Assembly (NCBI GenBank): GCA_963514005.1
Contig: OY740797.1
Span: forward strand, 22,196,001-22,260,000
Direction of reading: 5' to 3'
Source: Raja brachyura
Lineage: Eukaryota
DNA: 64,000 nt
Shown: positions 1 through 13,441 of the stretch, piece after piece
Layout: each line of letters starts with the position of its first letter
Numbering within the stretch: the first letter of the stretch is position 1
The notes under the pieces: model-generated
Databases searched by the model: none
The model's input: only the letters and a program-made list of their open reading frames with translations
Told to the model about the DNA's origin: nothing
Translations under genes and position numbers: made by a program

Positions 1-334
1 GGAAACACTCAGCAGGTCAGGCTGTATCTGTGGAGAAAGAAGCAGAGTTAAAAGAGAGATTAAAATGGTAATAAAAAGGTAATTTTAATTTACAGAGAAG
101 ATGTGGAGAGAGAGAGAGAGATGGAAATAACAAAGGCAATATCTGTGACGGAGGACAATTGGACAAATGGGATACAAACATAGAAAATGTTCCAAAAGGC
201 TGCAACATCGTCAGGCGGAAGATAAGAGGGAATCAATCGCTGCTTTGTGGAGACACAAAGGGAACAGTGCCTCCCTGGATTGAGACTTCCCTTTTACTGG
301 AGTGAACAGAGCGCCTGGCCATGCTTCATTGTGT

Positions 335-1125
335 CACACTCCATTTGACCTCACCCCCTCCTGGGCAGGACAGAGTTGTCCTGTCCTCATCTTCCACCCC
401 TCCAGCCTCCAGCGGATTATCCTTGGCAAATTTCCACCAGTTCCAATATGACTCCACCACCAGGAACATTTTCCTCCTTCCTCCACCTTTGGCAACCCGA
501 ACAGATAGCTCCTTTCATGACTCTCTGGTTTGCTCTTCTGTCGCTGCCTGCTACTCCCCGTGATAGGGCACATTCTCCTGCACATGTAACGCATCATAAG
601 GAATAGGAGTAGAATGAGGACATTTGGCCCAACAAGTCTACTCCACCATTCAATCATGGCTGATTTATCTCTCCCTCCTAACCCCATTCTCCTGCCTTCT
701 CCCCATAAACTCTGACACCTGTACTGATCAAATAGTTCTTGCCCTTGTCTTTATTGTCCAAATAGGCCTCATCCCATCCCACATTCCAGGGACCAAGACG
801 GCACGTCCAACTAATGCAGCAATTCACTTGAACTGCTTCCAATACAGTCTACTGCATTTGGTGCTCACTATGTACTCTACTTTGGGGATCCAAACACAGT
901 GTGGGTGATCCTCTGAAGAGTACCTGCATTCAGGCCACAGGAGTGACCCTGAGCTTCTCAATTCCCACCCCCTTCATTATCCATCCAACTCACACTCTGA
1001 CCTCTCCATCTCTGGCTTCTTGCATTATGTTGCACTTGAGGCCCAATGCAAGTTTAAGATGCAGCATCTCATTTTTGCTCATCGCAATCTTCCAGACTCA
1101 AAGTAAAATTCTCCAACATTAGGTA
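335..1125 (+). mobile_element. Old degraded Penelope-like fragment interrupted by a CR1 3' tail (~595-730)
   Basis: Decayed similarity to 4322-4900 and 27130-27415 (QDRVVL.., FHQFQYDSTTRNIF, YCIWCSLC). Confidence 0.6.
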
Positions 1126-3688
1126 ACTCACTTTTTCAGTTTGCATCAGAACTGATCATTTGTGCTATGTCATGCAATGACACTGTTTTTCAACCATCTG
1201 GGCAGATCTGCAGAAACACAGAGCCAGAGAGCACAAACAAGAAATTTGGCTCATCAGGTTTTTGGCCCTGACAAGATGGCAGTGAGCTAGCTCCTTGAAC
1301 CACTGCACTTCTTCCGGTGAAGGTACAGTGCTGTTGGGGAGGGTGTCCCAGGTGTTTGGAAGGAACAGAGACACATTTCCAAGTCAGGTCGGAATGGGAT
1401 TCGGAAGATAACCTATAGGTGTGGTTTCCTTTTGAGCCCACTGCCTTTGTCCTTTTGTTTTGCAGTAGAGGCAATGGGTATGAGACCACATATTGAATGT
1501 GTGATTGGTTTGAGGAGTAACCTGGGCAAATAACTGCAGGATATTTGTAGATGTCGAGACACAAATCACTTTGCTGCCCCCTCCCATCTTTCTATTTGGG
1601 TTTGTGGGGGGGCGGGGGAAGTGGCATTGCATGGGTTGTCGGCACTCTCTTCGGAGATTAATCATCAGTGTGGGCAGCTGACTACTGAGTGCAAATTCTA
1701 GACAAACCTAGTTTGATCAATGTTGCCAACATTAGCTAGGACCTCTTGTAGAAATCTTGTCATACTGCCACTGGATTTTATTTTACTTTCTGGCAGAGGT
1801 ATTATCACCGTTTAAGATACTATCAGAATGTTTAAAGTACTATCACAACAGTTAAAAAAACATTTGGACAGGTACATGGATAGGATGGGTTCAGAGGAAT
1901 ATGGGCCAAATGCAGGCAGGTGGGAGTAGTGTAGATGGAGCATGTTGGTCAGCGTGAGCATGTTGGGCCGAAGGGCCTGTTTCCACGCTGTATCACTCAA
2001 TGAGAGCTGATGGTGATTTCAGTTCCACATCCCACCCAAGAGATGGATCCTGCAACAACACAGCACTCCGTCAGTACCCACTGGAGTGTCAGTCCAGATC
2101 TCATGCTGTTGGATCTCTAACCTGGAGGCAGCAGAGATAAAGACCAACAGCCAACAACGGGGTATCATTGAAGAGTTGGAATTATTCCTTGACTGGCAAA
2201 AAAAGTGCAGATTATTTTACACCTATCACAATTATACTTCAGGGTTAGCACAGAAAATATTTTTAAAGTGTGTAAGAAGTGCGTGTGCAGCTGGCTGAAG
2301 ACTGAAGTGAACAGTTGGCCTTGATTGGTGTAGATCCTGACTGCACTCCACAGGGGCTGTCAGGCAGCACTCAGCAAAGGTGCAACAATCAGTGCACGGT
2401 AAGCAGAATCTGTCTGAACAAGGCCTTGGCCTCATCTGGTCACTGACAGCAACCAAAGTGATGAGATAACATGGCGCAGGGCAGCAGACCTGCTTGTCTT
2501 GTTCAACCTTACCGTACGAATCCTGATCAGTGCTGAAAATTGGCTTCCTTCCTTTCCCTTCTGAAGCTTTGCCAAAAAAGGGATCAACATTACTTTGGGG
2601 GACATCCAGTTTAATATTCTTTTTATTTCAAAAATAAACTATTCACAAAAAATATGTACAAAATAATATATAAAAAAGTGCAAGGCTTTTGTCAGTCTGT
2701 AGGTATTGATTTTAATATATTTCAAAATTAAATTTTAAACAGTGCCAGACTTTCTGTATATTCATAGTGTTATTCTTTCTACACATTCAAAGGGCGAACA
2801 GGTCTGTACACATCCTGAAGCAGCCTCGGCCTTCACAGATGCTGCTCAACCTGCTGAGTTCCTCCAGAAGTTTATATTTTCCTTCAGATTCCAGCATTTA
2901 CAGTCTCTTGTGACTCTATATCTTTGCACATTCTATGCCCAAAGCACCATTGCCATTCATGTCACCTGCATTGTTGATAAAAAAAAACAGCTCAGAGGCT
3001 TTCACATAGGGCTTAGGCCTCCAATGTTTTGCAGAGCCTTAGATTTAAACTGTAGTCCTTCTCCACAAAGCCTCTGTTGAACTAATTCAATTCTGGCTGA
3101 GACACAATCAACTGCAGATGCTGGAATCTTGAAGAAAAAGCAAAGTGCAGGAGGAATTTGGTTGGTCAGGCAGCATTAAGGAGTGAATGGTTAGACAACA
3201 TTTCGGGTCAGGAGCCTTTTTCAGGCTGAAGGGTCCCGACCTGAAGCATGGTCTGTCCATTTCCTCCACAGATGCTTCCTGACCCACTGAGTTCCTCCAG
3301 CAATTTGCGTTTTAAATTCTAGCTGATCCATGCATCAATTTGACACGTGCAAAAGAAGGAATATTAATGTGTTCATGGATGATTTGAACCCAAATTGTCT
3401 ACTGGATAGGGGACTCAAATTGGCACTGGCCACGTACCCTCCAATTTGCAATGGGTTGGTATTTATAATCTGTGGCCAGCAAGATCCCATTTAAATATTT
3501 TAATCAGACCCAGTGTTGATCTTTGTGAATTGGCTACAGTTCTACCGTATGCCTGCAGGGGGTGACCAAGGCAATCTGCCAGACCCAGCAAGGTGAGTGG
3601 CCCATCATGATGTGGCACATTCATGGGTCACAGAGAACAGGAATTCGCCAATGGGCTTCCTGAAATAAAGTGGACGTGCATTCTATTA

Positions 3689-3906
3689 TGTAGGAAGGAA
3701 CTGCAGATTCTGGTTTAAACCGAAGATAGACACTGGAGTAACTCAGTGGCCCAGGCAGCATCTCTGGAGAAAAGGAATGGGCGACGTTTCAAGTCGAGAC
3801 CCTTCTATAGTGTCGGAAGAAGGGTCTCGACCCGAAACGTCACCCATCCCTTCTCTCCAGAAATGCTGCCTGTCTTGCTGAGTTACTCCAGCATTTTGTG
3901 TCTACC
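3689..3906. mobile_element. Head-to-head inverted pair of Penelope terminal repeats (palindrome)
   Basis: tggagtaactcag..gcagcatctctggagaaaagg..gtcgagacccttc is mirrored by gaagggtctcgac..ccttctctccaga..tgctgc..ctgagttactcca. Confidence 0.8.
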
Positions 3907-4321
3907 AGGCATTCTATTGTACCTTTCATGAACCGATCCCGAGACACTTGTTGGTAATACTTCTGAAGTATTATCACTTTTGTCTTCTTGGTTGACATGT
4001 TAAAAAATATATTCACCTCCAGGATCTGTGATCTGGGAATGACATTTTTATTGTCCATCGCTCTCGGCCCTTCAGAAGGTGGTGGTGATCCACTTGCTGG
4101 AATGCTGCCGACCTTCTAGTGAAGCTGCTGCCTCAGTGCTGTGGGCGAGGAGTTACGAGACATGGACTCAGCAATAATGTAGCAGCAGAGATACGCTTCA
4201 CTATCAGGGTGGTGTGTGAGTTGGAGGGGAACCTGCAGGTGGTGGTGGTCTTATGCACCTGCTGCTACTGTCCGTCTTGGTGGAAGAGGTCGGAGTAGCC
4301 TGGACAATATTACTGCAGTGA

Positions 4322-5187
4322 ACATAATCCTCCAATATTTCCGCCACCTCCAATGGGATCCCACCACTAGCCACATTTTCCCATCTCCACCCCTTTCCGC
4401 CTTCCGCTTCCGCAGAGACGGTTCCCTCCGCAACTCCCTGGTTAACTCATCCCTTTCCACCCAAACCACCCACTTCCCAGGTACCGTACCTTCCCCTGCA
4501 ACCGCAGAAGATGCAACACCTGTCGCTATACCTCCTCCCTCGACTCTGTCCAGGGACCACGGCAGTCCTTTGAGGTTAGGCAGAGGTTCACTTGCACCTC
4601 CTCCAACCTCATCTACTGTATCCGTTGTTCAAGATGTGGACTTTTACACATCGGCGAGACCAAACGCAGACTGGGCGATCGTTTCACAGAACACCTTCGC
4701 TCAGCACACCTGAATTAACTTGATCTCCCGGTTGCCGGACACTTTAATTCTCCATCCCATTCCTACACAGACCTTTCTGTCCTCTGTCTCCTCCATTGTC
4801 AGAGTGAGACTAAACGCAAATTGGAGGAACAGCATCTCATATTTTGCATGGGCCGCTTACAGCCCAGTGAAATAAATATTGATTTCTCTCACTTCAGGTA
4901 GCCCTGGTATTCCCTCTCTCTCTATCCCTCCCCCACCCAAGTTGCACTAGCTTCTAATTTTCACCCTACAAACAGCTTACAATGGCCTGTTTCCTTTATC
5001 ATCGTTACCTGTTTTGCATATCTTTTATTCATTGTTCTTTATCTCTCCACATCACCGTCTATATCTCTCGTTTCCCTTATCCCTAACCAGTCTGAAGAAG
5101 GGTCTCAACCCGAAACGTCACCCATTCCTTCTCTCCAGAGATGCTGCCTGTCCCGCTGAGTCACTCCAGATATTTGTGTCTATCTTA
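4322..5187 (+). mobile_element. 5'-truncated Penelope-like element (GIY-YIG endonuclease region, 3' UTR, terminal repeat)
   Basis: The frame from ~4491 reads FPCNRRRCNTCRY..FTCTSSNLIYCIRCSRCGLLHIGETKRRLGDRFTEHLRS..*..LPVAGHFNSPSHS..RKLEEQHLIF (GIY-YIG motif, one in-frame stop). It is followed by a pyrimidine-rich UTR and a hammerhead-containing end. Confidence 0.88.
5092..5119 (+). ncRNA. Minimal hammerhead ribozyme motif at a Penelope terminus
   Basis: CTGAAGA-A-GGGT-CTCA-ACCC-GAAA-C-GTC: intact CUGANGA and GAAA boxes, 4-bp stem II, palindromic ACGT in stem III, GUC cleavage triplet. Confidence 0.7.
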
Positions 5188-5449
5188 CTGCAGTGAATAT
5201 CATGGATGCAGCCCCTGTGTGCTGTTGATGGAGTGTTATGATGAATATAGTTCCTATTAAGTGGGCTGCTGGGCCCTGGATGGTGTTGAGCAGTCTTTGG
5301 AAATTCACCCGCCTTGAAAAATGGAGAGTATTCCATGTATTCCATCACACATTTATTACCTAACATAGCAAGGTTTTGAAGTGTCAGGAGGTGCTTCCCT
5401 CCGCATAGGACACCCTGCCTCTGTCCTCCTATTGTGGCCACAGTAGGGA

Positions 5450-6385
5450 TGTAGCGGGACCTCCGCAAGGGTGGGTGCTGGGGCCGCTTCTCTTCACGTT
5501 ATATATTAATAATTTAGATAAGGGGATTGAAGGCTTTGTGGCCAAGTATGCAGATGACGCTAAGATAAATGGAGGGGTAGGCAGTGTAGAGGAGGCAAGG
5601 ACTCTGCAGAAGGGCTTGGACGGGTTAGAAAAGTGTGCAGAGAAGCGCAGATGAAATTCAGTATAGCAAAGTGCGGAGTCATGCATTTTGGTAATAAGAA
5701 TAAATAATCATTTTCTAAATGGAGAGAGAATTACGAAATCGGAGGTGCAAAGGGACTTGGAAGTGCTGGTGCAGGACTCACAAAAAGATAATTTGCAAGT
5801 CCAATCGGTAGTAAGAAAGGTAAATTCAATGCCTGGATTTATAGCAACAGGGCTGGAATACAAAAACAGAGATGTATTGCTGAGGCCGCATTTGGAGAAC
5901 TGAGCAAATTTGGGCCCCATATTTGAGGAAGGATGAGTCCTGAAGAGGTTTACAAGAATGATTCCATGAATAAGTGCGTTAGCATATGATGAGCGTTTGA
6001 CTCCACTGGGTCTCTATTCGCTGGAGTTTAGAAGGTTGAGGGGGGGACCTCATTGAAACTTACAGACTAATGAAAGGCATAGATAGAGTGAATGTGGAAA
6101 GGATGTTTCCACTGGTGGGAGATTCAAGGACCCGAGGTCGTAGCCTCAGAATTAAAGGGGGTGAAAGGAGATGAGGAGGAATGTCTTTAGCCAGAGGGTA
6201 ATTAATCTGTGGAATACATTGCCACAGAGGGCTGTGGAGGCCAAGTCAGTGGATATTATTAAGGCAGAGATAGAACAATTCAAATGGGATTAGGAGGCAG
6301 AGATCAGGCATGATTGAATGGCGGAGTAGACTCGATGGGCCGAATGGCCTAATTCTAATCCTATAACATGAGTTTGTGACCTGTT
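5450..6385 (+). mobile_element. CR1-clade LINE 3' fragment (RT domain to 3' tail), degraded
   Basis: GxPQGxVLGPLLF-like segment at ~5455, KYADDAKI at ~5544, EVQRDLEVLV, LLRPHLE, then a CR1-type 3' end (gggccgaatggcct). Confidence 0.85.
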
Positions 6386-6679
6386 ATTGTTGAGTGGAAG
6401 GGGACATGAGTGGAAAGAGGCGATTAAAGGGAACTGTGGGAAGATTTCCATTGTATCCCCCTTTTCTCCGCCCCACATCCCTGTCTACTCATATCCCTTC
6501 ATTCTCCTTTACATTGCACGCCATTCTTTTTCTGTCTCCATTTTGTCTCCTGTTCACCACTAGTCTTTTCAATTACTGCTTCCCCAGCCTGTATCCACCT
6601 ATCACTTGCCAGGCTTTGTCCCAAGAAGCAAGAGTTAATGTTCCATTCGAAGCCCCCTCATTAGAACTGGAAGAATAAG

Positions 6680-7210
6680 AAAACCAGTGTGTTTTTTTGC
6701 AGAGAGGGTAAGGGTTTGGTGATAGGGCGGGGACCATGATTGTGCCGATGACAGCAACGCCGTTGGTGCTGTCCATGAAGCGGTGATGAATGCTTGATAT
6801 CCACAGCAGATCTGCCTTGAGGATTGCAAACAGAAGGGGATGATTGAGTGTGGTAGAGAGAGGGGAATACGTGCTGAAATTGTGAGACGCAGACCCTGTG
6901 TGTGCTGGAAGTCTGAAACAAAAGAGAATGCTGCAAATATCTTGAAGAGAGGAAAATTGAGTTTATAATAAAGGTGGATGGCCTTGTATTCGGATTGACC
7001 AGCCACGAAACGAGGATGGGAGACTAGTTACCCAGAGTTGTTGAAGTCAGCAGTGAATCCCAAGGGCCACAGTGTTAGAAGACAGGGTACTGCTCCTCAA
7101 GCTTATGCTGGGTTTCATTGGAACAGAACAGAAGAGGACTGAAGACAGAATGATCAGAATGAGGTGGAGAACTAAGTGACAAGTAACTGGAAGTTCAGAG
7201 TCACCTTTGC
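6680..7210 (-). mobile_element. Old Penelope-like fragment
   Basis: Degenerate reverse-strand similarity to the 4322-4900 element (ctgttccaatgaaacccagcataagcttgaggagcag..cactgctgacttcaacaac). Confidence 0.5.
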
Positions 7211-7776
7211 ACAAACTGTATCTGAGAGGCCCAATACAGAGTATTACTGATCCTGAGGCAACTCAATTCAAGATCGGTCCATAACCTGGTGTATAATATT
7301 ATTGTTCTGCAGGGTTACTAAACTGAAACTGCTGCCTCACACCATCAGAAGTCCGGGTTCAATTCTGACCTCGGGTGCTGTCCGTGTAGGGTTTGTAAAT
7401 TCTCCCTGTCATCATGTGGGTCTCCAACGGGTGTTCCAGATTCCTCTCGCATCCCAGAGACGGGCGAGTTGGTAGATTAAATGACCATAGTAAATTGCCA
7501 CTGGAGTGTAGACTACACCGCACAACTCTAACAAAGTTGTACTACATACTTTGGCTTACACATTTATGGTCTGGTTACCTCGTATAACTGATAATTTATA
7601 GTAATATTGTAAATTTACCTGTTATGTTGTTGAGTTAAATGTGCCTGTAAATCCGCAGAAAAGTAACATTTTTCCTGTGTGGGAAGGAACTGCAAATGCT
7701 GGTCTAAACCGAAGAGACTCAAAAAGCTGGAGTAACTCAGCGGGACAGGCAGGATCTCTGCAGGGAACGAATAGGT

Positions 7777-7804
7777 GACGTTTCGGGTCGAGACCCTTCT
7801 TCAG
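7777..7804 (-). ncRNA. Minimal hammerhead motif in a Penelope-derived terminal repeat (element ~7677-7806)
   Basis: Reverse complement reads CTGAAGAAGGGTCTCGACCCGAAACGTC. Confidence 0.7.
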
Positions 7805-9419
7805 AATTTTAGAAACATAGAAACATAGAAAATAGGTGCAGGAGGAGGCTATTCGGCCCTTCGAGCCAGCACCACCATTCATTGTGATCATGGCTGATCG
7901 TCCCCTATCAATAATGCCTTTTCCCCATACATGCCCGTACATGCCTTTTCCCCATATCCCTTGACTCCACTATCCCTTAGTCCCTTCTTGTCCCTTCCTG
8001 GTGCTTATGATAATTAAACACTCTTGGCTTGATTCTTCAATTGTAGAATCTAGAGGGAGTTGTTGGAAAAGTGGGGAGAATGAAATGGGATTAGTGCAGG
8101 GCCCGGTGGACCGGAGGGGCTGGTTCTGTTCTGGATGGCGCTGTGACTTTAACAGATGAACACTAGCTGCTCGGAGCCAGCCAAGCAGGGCTGCTGATGG
8201 CTGCAGAATCAGGGGCCGGACTGGAAATGAAAGCAGAATAGATCGCTCTTCATTCTGATCCCCGGAGAACAAGAACTGATTATTATGACAAATTGCAATC
8301 CTCCCATAATGGTGGGTTGAGTTTTAATTTCTTTTTCACTTAAATAATTCAGCTTACTACGGAGCCTGGTTCAGTACAATGATCAGCAGTGACAGGAGGG
8401 ATATTGGACTCGCTGGCAAAATCTTGCCAGCCTTGCTGAATGAGTTTGGTGCAGGGGAATAACAATCAAAATCAATTCTGGTGGGTGTCCTTCTGGAGGC
8501 TGGAGTTGGCAAGGCTTCTCACACACGCCTAGGATTCACAGCATGGAGTCAAGACCATTCTCCTTCCCTGCCCCTCTGACTCACTAACACTCAATGCACA
8601 GCCGACCTCCTTTATGTGTCTCAGTGTAATGGACCAGCATTAGCTCTGGGCACGTCTCTCATCAGACGTTTATCTCCACATGAATCTGATGTACTGCAAG
8701 AGCTCCCCAGTGGCCCCAATTACAGCTGAGTAGTAAAGAATTAGCATCTTCAGTACTTGGCTGCAACTATGGGATGAAACCAACTTTAATTTCCTACTGA
8801 TCCTATCATTGATATCTGCCTCACCCTTTCCCCATCTCCTCTTTACACCACCTAACTCCCCTCTCACTCCTAATGCAGGATCTCGATCCAAAACGCCTAC
8901 AATTCCTATCCCCCTAGTGATGCTGCTCAACTTGCTGAGTTCCTCCAGCAGTTTTTTTTTTGCTGTTGCTGACATTGATGATTTAAACATTTTGTACTGC
9001 TTGTGTCAGCCACTTCCTTACCAATACCGGCCCATTCAGGCGTACTGTCATCGCTGGTAAGATGCCCCCAGGCACTTGAATTGTAATTGCTTTCTCTGTG
9101 GAAAGTTGATTTGCAACTCCACGGTCCACCGTGTTATAGAGAAATTCACTCAGTTTGCTTATACAGATAGAACACGACATGATTAGCTTGTGCTCTCAGG
9201 CAGCCTGAGTTCCTGCTCAGCCCTTATATATTTTTTAAAAGCTTCTCGAAACTCCACAAGCGGTTGATGCTTTTCATAAGAGAACATGAAGCTCTACCTA
9301 AAACACTGCAAGTCTTCAATCTTTAAGGCCTTGAGTCCATCAGCTAAACCTGATGTAACTGTGCACCCTGAACACGTTGTGGTATAGTGGTGGACTCAAC
9401 CCAGTCGATCACTGGACCC

Positions 9420-10378
9420 CTCCCACCCTACCCCCTCCATTGAAAGCATCTACATGAGAGACTGCCTCAAGAAGGCAGCATCTATCATTAAGCCCTGCCC
9501 GTTAGGAGTAGGAGTTACAGAAGCCTGAAGTCCCACATGACCAGGTTCAGGTACAGTTACCTCCCCACAATTACCGAATTTGAGGAAGAACATCCTTGTG
9601 ATTGAGGCAGTGCAACATTGGTTCATGAGACTGATCGCTGGAATGGCGGGACTGTCATATGAGGAAAGATTGAAAAGACTAGGCTTGTATTCACTGGAGT
9701 TTAGAAGGATGAGGGGATATCTTATAGAAACATATAACATTATAAAAGGACTGGACAAGCTAGATGCAGGAAAAATGTTCCCAATGTTGGGCGAGACCAG
9801 AACCAGGGGCCACAGTCTTAGAATAAAGGGGAAGCCAGTTAAGACTGAGGTGAGAAAAAACTTTTTCACCCAAAGAGTTGTGAATTTGTGGAATTCCCTG
9901 CCACAGAGGGCAGTGTAGGCCAAGTCACTGGATGGATTTAAGAGAGAGTTAGATATAGCTCTAGGGGCTAGTGGAATCAAGGGATATGGGGAGAAGGCAG
10001 GCACGGGTTATTGATTGGGAACGATCAGCCATGATCACAATAAATGGCGGTGCTGGTTCGAAGGGCCGAATGGCCTCCTCCTGCACCTAGTTTCTATGTT
10101 GACCAGGTTCTTGAACTAATCCTCACAACCCAGTTCCCACCTCGACAGCAGAACGTTCAAGGCTCAACTATTACACTGGCATGGACTTGGTTTATTTCTC
10201 ATTATGTTTTTACACTAATGTCTTGAACTTTTACACTCTTCCTTCTTTTAGAATGTTATGTATAATTTATGTTTATTGTGTTTTTGAATCTCAGTGTCTT
10301 TGATGCTAGTACAAGCAAGACTATTCACTGTCCCTGTACCTCCCATACATGTGTATATGACAAAACACATTACCTTAT
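9420..10378 (+). mobile_element. Rex1/Babar-like LINE 3' end with a nested young CR1 fragment (~9575-10098)
   Basis: LPSIESIYMRDCLKKAASIIK (Rex1-type C-terminus), then CR1 ORF2 (GLSYEERLKRLGLYSLEFRRMRGYLIETY..TRGHSLRI..FFTQRVVNLWNSLP); the host tail resumes after 10100. Confidence 0.8.
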
Positions 10379-11439
10379 ACTCCAAAGAATCCAAAATTCC
10401 TGGAAGCGCTGGACAGTTCAAGTGGGTCTCTGCCCTCCTAAACCAGTTATATAGCACCGCACTGCAGTCACCCCTTCGGCCCACCAAGTCCATGCCGACC
10501 ATCAAGCACCCATTCACTTATCCCCACGTTCCCAACAACTCCGCAGAGATTCTATCCCTCACCTCCTCACGAGGGGGCATTTACAGTCGCCTTATTAACC
10601 TGGCCCTCTTAGGGGAAAAAAAATGAGGAGCACTCAGAGGGAAGTGCACAGTCACAGGGAAAATGTGCAGATTCCGCAGTGACAGTGCAGGAGGCCTGGA
10701 TTGTGAGCCACGGGGAAGCTGCTCTATCGGCTATGCCACTGCTCCGTACTGGCAGATACCCTGGCAGTTGTACTAACACAACCACACAACATTTAGATTT
10801 AGAACATTAGTAAATGGTGAAATATTTAACAACTGTAATAGTTGTCATGGCCTTTGGTCATAAATCCATTCAGTTCAATTCCAAAAGACTGCCCAAATAA
10901 GTGCCGTGTATTTACATTGACTGCCTGGTAAGTTAGTCATTGGGAACGTTGGAACAATGAATAAAGTATGAGCTACCTGGATGGATTGCAGTTGATGTCT
11001 CTTTGTATTTACAGAGTGGTGTATTGATATCAATCCAAGTTTTTCCAATATCAACATATTTGTCTTTGTACTGGGCAGCTAATCAATATGACTCACATTA
11101 AACTCACTTAATCCATCTTCACACTGCATCCAGAGCAATTGAATTCTCATCACAGCTGTCTGAGTAGCTTGTCAGCCTGGAGTTGGTGCTATTTGCTATT
11201 TCCATTTTATCTGGCACACAATTCCATTAGCTCTTTTCATTACGAAAGAGGCTTGGCATTTAATCTAACTTATTTCATTCTGTGTGCTGAGACAGCAGTC
11301 AGATAGTTTAGAGGTGGGAATGGAAATGGGATGGTGTCACAAGTGTTTGGGGATTTTAAATTGACCCAATTTTTGTAGCTTGATGCAGGAGGCACCATTG
11401 TAGTGGTCAGGTCCGATCGACATCAGTTACCTTGCAGAT

Positions 11440-11880
11440 CAAGGTTAACTACACTCTCATGGATACTGAGCTGCCTGATGAGGCTTTTGTTGGAACCAAG
11501 ATGAGGCAGAAGGTAGTCAGATGGTGTGGGTGCATGGATATTTTGTAGGTTAGTACAGCATGTTCAGCCATTGTTATATGGGGCCTCTGGGTGCTCGTGA
11601 TGCACAGGCTCGAGATAGTAATTTCCACCCCAAATACTCCATCTCCACTCAGCGCTACTGGGACAGAGGTTGCCAATGTCAGTGGAGGTCTTGAGCACAT
11701 CCGCAAATTGTTTCCTCTGTCCACCCACAATACACACATCGCCATGTGCATTTGAAGTGAGGAGAAGATAGGAGGGTACACGGCAACAGCAGATCTGTAG
11801 CCAGCATCTCATGGTTATGTTGAAACCTCTGAAGGTGCTTGCCCAGTTGTCTCTGCAGCATTTCACATGCCCACATACAT
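11440..11880 (-). mobile_element. Possible degraded RTE-clade LINE 3' fragment
   Basis: Decayed peptides ACEMLQRQLGKHLQRFQ and SSAEWRWSIWGG resemble RTE ORF C-terminal motifs. Weak. Confidence 0.35.
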
Positions 11881-12669
11881 TTCCCTTTCTCTCAGAGGCT
11901 TGGTGTCTGTGGTACTCTTCTCCTCAAAGGGCAGCTGGAACACAGTCTTCACTTCTGGTGGTAATGCAAAGCCGAGTTTATCAGAACAGCCAGGATCTTA
12001 TTAAATGGCAGAACAGATTCAATGGGCTGAGTGGCCTCTCCCTGCTCCTGATTCTTATGCAACGCTTAACAGGCTGCTTTCCTATTCTTTATATTAACGT
12101 TGCATTTAATTTACAATAATTAATGTATTTGAACTGGATTTTTTGTTCAATTATCCTTGAAACCTACTGGAGGTTTATAGAATTATGAGAGGCATATATT
12201 TGGTATAGTAACAGTTTTACGTCCCCAGAATTGTGGGGTCTAGAAATCGAGGGCATATGTTTGGAATGAGATTGGAAGGATTTGGAGGAGATGTGTTAAA
12301 GCAACTTTTTTCAAATAGATAGTGGGCACGTGGAACAAAGTGGAAAAGAGGTGGTAGGGACTGGGTACCAATTACAACAATAAAAATACATCTGGACAAG
12401 CACATCAAGAGGTGAGGTGTAGAGAGGTAAGTGCCAAATGTAGGCAACAAGGATTGGCATAGGTAGGCATCTTAGTTGACAGGGCAGGTTATGCTGAAAG
12501 CCCAGTTACTGTGCGATTGAACTCTCTGAATCTCCATCAATCTCTCTAATATTATTCAATTATTTAAATCTGTTAAGATGTCTCCAAATGGCAAAACCAT
12601 GAAATAAATCTAAGACAATATAGTAAGGTGGTAGCAGGGTGAGATCTTGCATTCCACCATGTGCCTTAA

Positions 12670-13218
12670 GGGCCTGTACCAATTAGGCAATTTTTTTCGG
12701 TGACTGCCGGCGAATGTCAGTCGTAGCAGGTCGGCGAAAAAGCAGCAACTGGACCCCAGTTGACAATGTCTATGACAACCTACCACCTAGTCGACGTCAA
12801 GCTACCGAGAACGCCCACCACCACACAGGTGACAACTGAAGACAACCTATGTCCACCCGCGACAAGCTACGACAAGCTGCGGGTGACAACTGAAGACAGT
12901 TCAGTCGGTGGTACCTGTCGCCGGTTGACATAGGTAGTCGCCAATGGAATTCACCGAAGTCAGCACCTGGCGACAACCAACGTCACCTGACGACAACTTG
13001 CGTTATCCTGGCGACAACCCACGACAGCACCTACGACAGGGGAAGAAAAGCCACGTCAAGCCCAAAAAGTTTTGAACATTTCAAAATCCAGCGGCGACCA
13101 GAAAAACTTTACAACTCTTTAGGCGACGAGGAGAGTACTCGTGACCATACAGGTGTCACTCTGCGACCATGTAGCGACAGCCTAATCGCCGAAACAATCA
13201 CCTAAGTGGGACAGGGGA
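12670..13218. mobile_element. Non-autonomous DNA transposon (MITE) with terminal inverted repeats and internal GACAAC subrepeats
   Basis: Left end GGGCCTGTACCAATTAGGCAATTTTTTTCGGTGA; right end TCGCCGAAACAATCACCTAAGTGGGACAGGGGA. TTAA lies on both sides (12666-9 and 13219-22). Confidence 0.82.
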
Positions 13219-13441
13219 TTTAATCTTTATCCATGGTTAGGTTTGCCACACTGGCAATTCACCAATACCATGTTTCCCCAACGTCCCCAAAGGCAGATTG
13301 CGCCCGCTCTACAAAGGAAATGTATATTGTCAATAATGTCTTACTGCACTACGTTCATCATGGTGAAGGTGACACTGCTCTCACAGCACCTTGATGCTTT
13401 GTAGCTCATGGAGTGCTGGGAGCTTTATCGTAGACCTTTAA

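Noticed and set aside
12760-13060. Short recurring GACAAC units suggesting a CRISPR-like array
   Set aside because: Eukaryotic context, no constant repeat with unique spacers; these are internal subrepeats of a MITE.
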